Assembly: GCA_019057385.1 (NCBI GenBank)
Contig: JAHQJS010000004.1
Location: 1 to 64,000 of the forward strand
DNA length: 64,000 bases
Origin: Candidatus Borrarchaeum weybense
GTDB lineage: Archaea; Asgardarchaeota; Sifarchaeia; Borrarchaeales; Borrarchaeaceae
Direction: 5' to 3'
In this document: positions 59,732-64,000 of the stretch, in pieces
Position numbering within the stretch: position 1 is the first letter of the stretch
How the letters are laid out: the number at the start of each line of letters is the position of its first letter
The notes under the pieces: model-generated
What the model saw: only the letters and a program-made list of their open reading frames with translations
The model's database searches: none
Told to the model about the DNA's origin: nothing
Made by a program: the position numbers and the translations under genes

Positions 59732-60320
59732 ATTTTCTTCCTTTACGATTGTTACGGATTTGAAACTTTACTTGATAATATGTTTGTATCGGGGATGCAT
59801 CTAAAAACTCATTCATATAATCCACTATTCGTCCTTTTAAGACTTCCTACGGATAAATAACAAAGAGTTCGTTTCAATTAGAATCTTTGAGATTTTAATT
59901 GCGTGGACAACCAATTGCTTCTCCTGATAACTAAATTCTATATATTGGCATTCTATTGTTTACTTTTCGAACAATCTATTACTTGCTCTTTATTTGCTCA
60001 TTTTTTGCTAGAGTTGTTCAAGTATATACGAGGAGAATATTCAAGCATATCATCCTGATGTTGAAGAGAAAGTCGAAATAAGCGAAATACTTCGATTTCT
60101 CGCGGATATATATGTGCTTATACGAACTAATAATCATAAATCTTTTATCTGAGGGCGATTTTATACTCTACTAAAATATACTTTTTTATCTTTTAATATT
60201 AAAATGGTCTCTAAAGGTCTTTTTGGGAATCTTCCAAGATAATTTGCTAGATTATTTTAAAATATCAAATATTTAACTTCAGAACATAAAAATTGACATA
60301 TAAGCACATAAGGGAGACTA

Positions 60321-61220
60321 TTGATGGATAAAGACATGGCTTCTATCATAATTCTAACCAAAAATGGAGAGAAAACTATTGGAAAATGCCTTAAAGGAAT
60401 TTTTTCTCAAAAGACTACAAGAAGTTTCGAGGTCATCGTTATCGATTCTGGTTCAACAGATAGGACACAACAAATTGTCAAAAATTATCCGGTCAAAGTT
60501 ATAACAATCCCTCCTGAAAGGTTCTCGCATAGTAGAACGAGAAATTTTGGTGCATATTTAGCAAAAGGTAACTTTTTAGTATATATTACACAAGATGCGC
60601 AGCCCTCCAGTAGAAAATGGCTGGAAACACTCATAAAACATTTCCAAGATCCAGAGGTTATTGCTGTTTTTGGAAGGCAGATCCCCAGAAAAAATTGCCA
60701 TCCATCCGAAAAACGGGCTCTTTTGAGGAGGTATCCAAAGAAATTTGCAGTATATAGAGAGAAAGATATCTGTCCTTTTTCAGATGTTAATTCCACGATC
60801 AGGAAGGACATCTGGGAAAAATATCCGTATAACGTCGAAGTTTCTATTGCAGAAGACTTAGAATGGGCGAATGCTACGCTAAGACATCTAACTGGAAAAA
60901 TAATAATTTATGACCCAAAGGCGGCGGTATATCATTCTCATAACTATGAATTCAGAGAATTATTAGTCAAAATGTTAAGAGTAGGAGGGCATCAAAGACT
61001 AATTTTTCAAGTAAAACTTACTCCTAAGAAGTTTATCACATCTCTTTTAAGCGCCATAAAATTCTGGATGGTAGACGTTTTTGAGGATATTCTTTTTACA
61101 GTAGAGGAAAGGAACACCAAATGGCTTTTTGTAATACCTCTGTATTCCTTTATAAAGACATTTGGAAAACTACTTGGAATCTATTTAACGTCATTTACAT
61201 CCCCAAAGTCATGGAGGTAG
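60321..61220 (+). CDS. GT2 glycosyltransferase (rhamnosyltransferase-like)
   Basis: IDSGSTD, FSHSRTRN, TQDA, GRQIPR, AED, VYHSH. Confidence 0.88.
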   Translation: MMDKDMASIIILTKNGEKTIGKCLKGIFSQKTTRSFEVIVIDSGSTDRTQQIVKNYPVKVITIPPERFSHSRTRNFGAYLAKGNFLVYITQDAQPSSRKWLETLIKHFQDPEVIAVFGRQIPRKNCHPSEKRALLRRYPKKFAVYREKDICPFSDVNSTIRKDIWEKYPYNVEVSIAEDLEWANATLRHLTGKIIIYDPKAAVYHSHNYEFRELLVKMLRVGGHQRLIFQVKLTPKKFITSLLSAIKFWMVDVFEDILFTVEERNTKWLFVIPLYSFIKTFGKLLGIYLTSFTSPKSWR

Positions 61221-61224
61221 CATC

Positions 61225-62481
61225 TTGAAAGTCTTATTGCTGTGTGACAAATTTCCACCATACCAATCTGGAGGAGCGGAAATATATGTATACCGCATTG
61301 CACAAAAGTTAAAGGAATACGGAAACGATGTAAGTATTATCAGTGGAGGCGTTGTGAAAAAGCCTTGTTTTAGGACGATGGAGGAAAAGTTTGATGGCTT
61401 ACAAGTTTTTAGATACAATTCCTGCTATCCAAATCTCCCACTTATTAATATGGTAAAGGAAATTGTAGATCCCGTTGCTATAAGGCATCTTAGAGCAATT
61501 CTAAAGAAAATTAACCCAGACATAGTTCATGCACACATTCTTCAAAAGGGATTATCTCTTTTTTCGTTAATAGCGGCTAAAAAATTAAATTTCCCCACAC
61601 TTCTTACTGTTCACGACTACTGGTTAATTTGTCCAAAGTATTTCTTATTAGATCAAAAAAATCAGATTTGCACGAAGAAGATGTGTTTTAAGTGTCTTAG
61701 AGGAAAGTACATTCCTTTCCGAAACGAATTAATGAAATATATTTCAAAATATGTAGATGTATTCATAACACCAAGTCAAATAATGAAAGTATATCTTGTT
61801 CAGAATGGATTCCCAAAAAACAGAATACTGGCAATTCATAATGGCATAGAGTTTGACTTAGAGACTTCTGACAAGAATGCTCAGAAAAACTTTAGGAGAA
61901 AATATGGAATACAAGATGATGATAAGGTAATCTTATTTTTGGGACGCCATAAACCATATAAGGGACTAGACCGACTTATCCGTGCTGCCCCTTATTTAAA
62001 AATCGATAAATTTAAAATTTTAATCGTTGGGCACGAAGTCAAGGGTTACGATGATTTTATTCGTAATCTCGCTGAAATGTTAAATATTAAATCAAAGGTA
62101 ATATTTACAGGGAATATTTCTCAAGAAGATGTATGGACTGCATATCAAATTTCTGATGTATGTGCAGCCCCATCACTTCACCCAGATAATTCTCCAGGAG
62201 TCGTTTACGAAGCCATGTGGGCAGGCGTGCCTGTCCTTGGAACGATTTTCGGAGGCACACCTGAATTAGTTCAAGATGGGAAAACGGGATTCTTGATTGA
62301 TCCAAGAAATGTAAGAGAGATTAGAAATAAATTAGAAATACTATTGACAGATGAAGAACTGCATAAAAAGATGAGTATAAAGGCTAAAAAGGTAGTTAGA
62401 CAGAAATTCAGCATGGAATTGCATATCCAAAAACTGCAGAACATATATCATCATCTAATAAGCGCTGCCAAAAATAGATAA
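61225..62481 (+). CDS. GT4 glycosyltransferase
   Basis: GGAE, HDYWLICP, YKG, DNSPGVVYEAM. Confidence 0.9.
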   Translation: MKVLLLCDKFPPYQSGGAEIYVYRIAQKLKEYGNDVSIISGGVVKKPCFRTMEEKFDGLQVFRYNSCYPNLPLINMVKEIVDPVAIRHLRAILKKINPDIVHAHILQKGLSLFSLIAAKKLNFPTLLTVHDYWLICPKYFLLDQKNQICTKKMCFKCLRGKYIPFRNELMKYISKYVDVFITPSQIMKVYLVQNGFPKNRILAIHNGIEFDLETSDKNAQKNFRRKYGIQDDDKVILFLGRHKPYKGLDRLIRAAPYLKIDKFKILIVGHEVKGYDDFIRNLAEMLNIKSKVIFTGNISQEDVWTAYQISDVCAAPSLHPDNSPGVVYEAMWAGVPVLGTIFGGTPELVQDGKTGFLIDPRNVREIRNKLEILLTDEELHKKMSIKAKKVVRQKFSMELHIQKLQNIYHHLISAAKNR

Positions 62482-62484
62482 AGG

Positions 62485-63513
62485 TTATACCCAATCGAAA
62501 AGAGTTTTCTGTTTTTTTTGAGCAGAAGATTTTTCAAGGCGTTCCAGACCCTTTTTCACTCTGTCTTGAGAGAAATCATGCTCTTCACAAAGAAATTCAA
62601 GTATTTTATCGTGGTTAGGGGACTCCCATTTAATAGAATATGTGTCCGTCACCTCTGGATCTAAGAAAATTGATCTTATCTGATCAATAGGCACTTCGAC
62701 TAATACGTCTTTTACTTTCATTATGGATTCTAAATCTTCGTGTTCTTTTATTAACTTTAATGCCGTCTTAGGTCCAATCCCTTTTACTCCTTCGTTGAAA
62801 TCAGTTCCTACAAGAATACCAATGTCAATTAGTTGCTCTCTCGTTATTTCAAGGTCTTTAAGCATTTCTTCAAGGTTAATGAGTTCTGGCTTTACTTCGA
62901 TATATGTTGATTTTCTGGGCAATTTTCGACGTCCGGTGATTGTAAGATTGCGTATCAGCCTATCTGCACCGAACAATAGACAATCGTGATCCTGAGACCC
63001 TGCGCCCCAGCAATCGCCTTTTCTGACCATGTAAGATGCCTGGGCTTCTCCCTCACTAGGAGCTTGTATGTATGGCAGTCCTATATATGATAAGAGCATT
63101 TTACTATCGGAAATCATTTCTTCAGTAAATCGTGAAGATGCTTGGGCAAATTTTTTGGCTTCTACTAAATCTCCCCTATCAAGAGCATCGAGCCATTTTT
63201 CTGTGGCAGTTTCTCGAATTTGTTTTCTTTCTATAATTGTTTCATGTTTCAGTTCAGGAGGTTTACCATCAAATACATAGATTGGTCGGATGTTTTCTTC
63301 AAGTAAATTTATATTGCGATAAAAAAGCCCACTTAAGTGGGATGTAATTCGCTGTTGTCTGTCTAATAGAGGCTTACCGTCTGGCTGACGAATTATTGAA
63401 AGAAATTGATACAGTACATTCATTGCATCAATAGCAATGTCTTTTTTACTAAGATCATTTAAATTAAGAGTATGCGTGGTGCGCTCCAAAAGATCTTTTA
63501 TTTTAACTCCCAT
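62485..63513 (-). CDS. fen: Flap endonuclease 1
   Basis: MGV start, IDAMN..YQF, TSHL.G, FDG.PP, EGEAQ, GTDFN.GVKGIGPK, PIP box QKTLFDW. Confidence 0.96.
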   Translation of the reverse strand: MGVKIKDLLERTTHTLNLNDLSKKDIAIDAMNVLYQFLSIIRQPDGKPLLDRQQRITSHLSGLFYRNINLLEENIRPIYVFDGKPPELKHETIIERKQIRETATEKWLDALDRGDLVEAKKFAQASSRFTEEMISDSKMLLSYIGLPYIQAPSEGEAQASYMVRKGDCWGAGSQDHDCLLFGADRLIRNLTITGRRKLPRKSTYIEVKPELINLEEMLKDLEITREQLIDIGILVGTDFNEGVKGIGPKTALKLIKEHEDLESIMKVKDVLVEVPIDQIRSIFLDPEVTDTYSIKWESPNHDKILEFLCEEHDFSQDRVKKGLERLEKSSAQKKQKTLFDWV

Positions 63514-63556
63514 TGATTTTAAACCCCCTCTGATTATTATGCTGAACAATCTTTAA

Positions 63557-63669
63557 AAACTTAAGCAGAACGTGATGTGAACTACCACCCTACAAGTAGG
63601 GTGGCTTCCTGAATCATCCATTCCCTAACGGGATATGTTAACCAGGCTCTACGGGCAGTTCCTGCCCTG
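63557..63669 (-). ncRNA. omegaRNA core overlapping the tnpB 3' end, plus guide ATCACGTTCTGCTTAAGTTT (5' end undefined)
   Basis: Hairpins GGGCAG-GAA-CTGCCC and CCACCCTAC-TT-GTAGGGTGG; terminal TCAC. Confidence 0.7.
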
Positions 63670-64000
63670 ATGATGATCGTGCTTCTAAATAGTGAGTGGA
63701 TCGGTGTAAAACAGTGATGGCAGAATTATAGTCTCTCGCTAACACCAGCCCACAGTACGGACATCTGTGGATTCGTGTTGCTAGTGTTTTCGGTACCAGT
63801 TTTCCACACCTACTACACAGTTGTGTGGTGTTATAGGCACTCACATATTCTACCAGCGTACCAGCTTCCTCCGCTTTGTACTCGGTAAAACGCATGAGTT
63901 GCCCCCATCCTGCATCACTGATCGACTTGGCGAGATGATGGTTCTTCACCATGTTGGTGATCGTAAGTTTCTCATACACAATGAGGTCATAACTATTGAC
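63577..64000 (-). mobile_element. Right end of a tnpB-carrying IS200/IS605 (IS1341/IS605-type) element, family B
   Basis: tnpB C-terminus followed by a right end ending GGTAGTTCAC. Confidence 0.9.
63638..64000 (-). CDS. tnpB: TnpB RNA-guided endonuclease (C-terminal part, 5'-truncated by the window)
   Basis: RuvC-II VYEKL, LAKSISDAGW, TTQLCSRCG...CPYCG zinc finger, RuvC-III RDYNSA. Confidence 0.93.
   Translation of the reverse strand, partial: VNSYDLIVYEKLTITNMVKNHHLAKSISDAGWGQLMRFTEYKAEEAGTLVEYVSAYNTTQLCSRCGKLVPKTLATRIHRCPYCGLVLARDYNSAITVLHRSTHYLEARSSSGQELPVEPG

Noticed and set aside
59732-60320. Gene remnant or hairpin (GAGAAAGTCGAA/TTCGATTTCTC) in the rmlA-GT2 gap
   Set aside because: Short open stretch with no recognisable homology; single hairpin compatible with chance
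496-63280. Numerous short antisense or overlapping ORFs in the six-frame track
   Set aside because: Shadow frames of well-supported genes with no motifs
1-64000. CRISPR array, rRNA, integrase/provirus, tnpA
   Set aside because: No regularly spaced repeat-spacer array, rRNA-like tract or such ORFs seen; the repeats are dispersed IS-derived elements

Overview
AT-rich archaeal chromosomal segment, most likely from an Asgard archaeon (ESCRT-II- and ESCRT-III-like genes, aIF5A, aRF1, Nob1, S17e, Cdc48, FEN1, frequent TTG starts). Housekeeping genes (ValRS, class III RNR, PyrH, RibL, NAD kinase/IMPase) are interspersed with glycosylation genes, including a ~20-kb surface-glycan island (42.5-62.5 kb) between cdc48 and fen1. 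The most notable non-coding content is: (i) a tRNA-Leu(CAA) gene that appears to be split by four BHB introns (8/9, 30/31, 37/38, 59/60), plus a tRNA-Ala(CGC) with a 59/60 intron; (ii) two families of ~250-310 bp IS200/IS605-derived minimal elements that retain the left end, a TATA-like promoter and the omegaRNA-type right end but no protein, one family matching the right end of a tnpB gene at the window edge; (iii) an apparent box C/D guide sRNA downstream of aIF5A. There is also an orphan ESCRT-III + zinc-ribbon/ESCRT-II gene pair and two interrupted genes. All product calls come from motif recognition by eye, not database searches.
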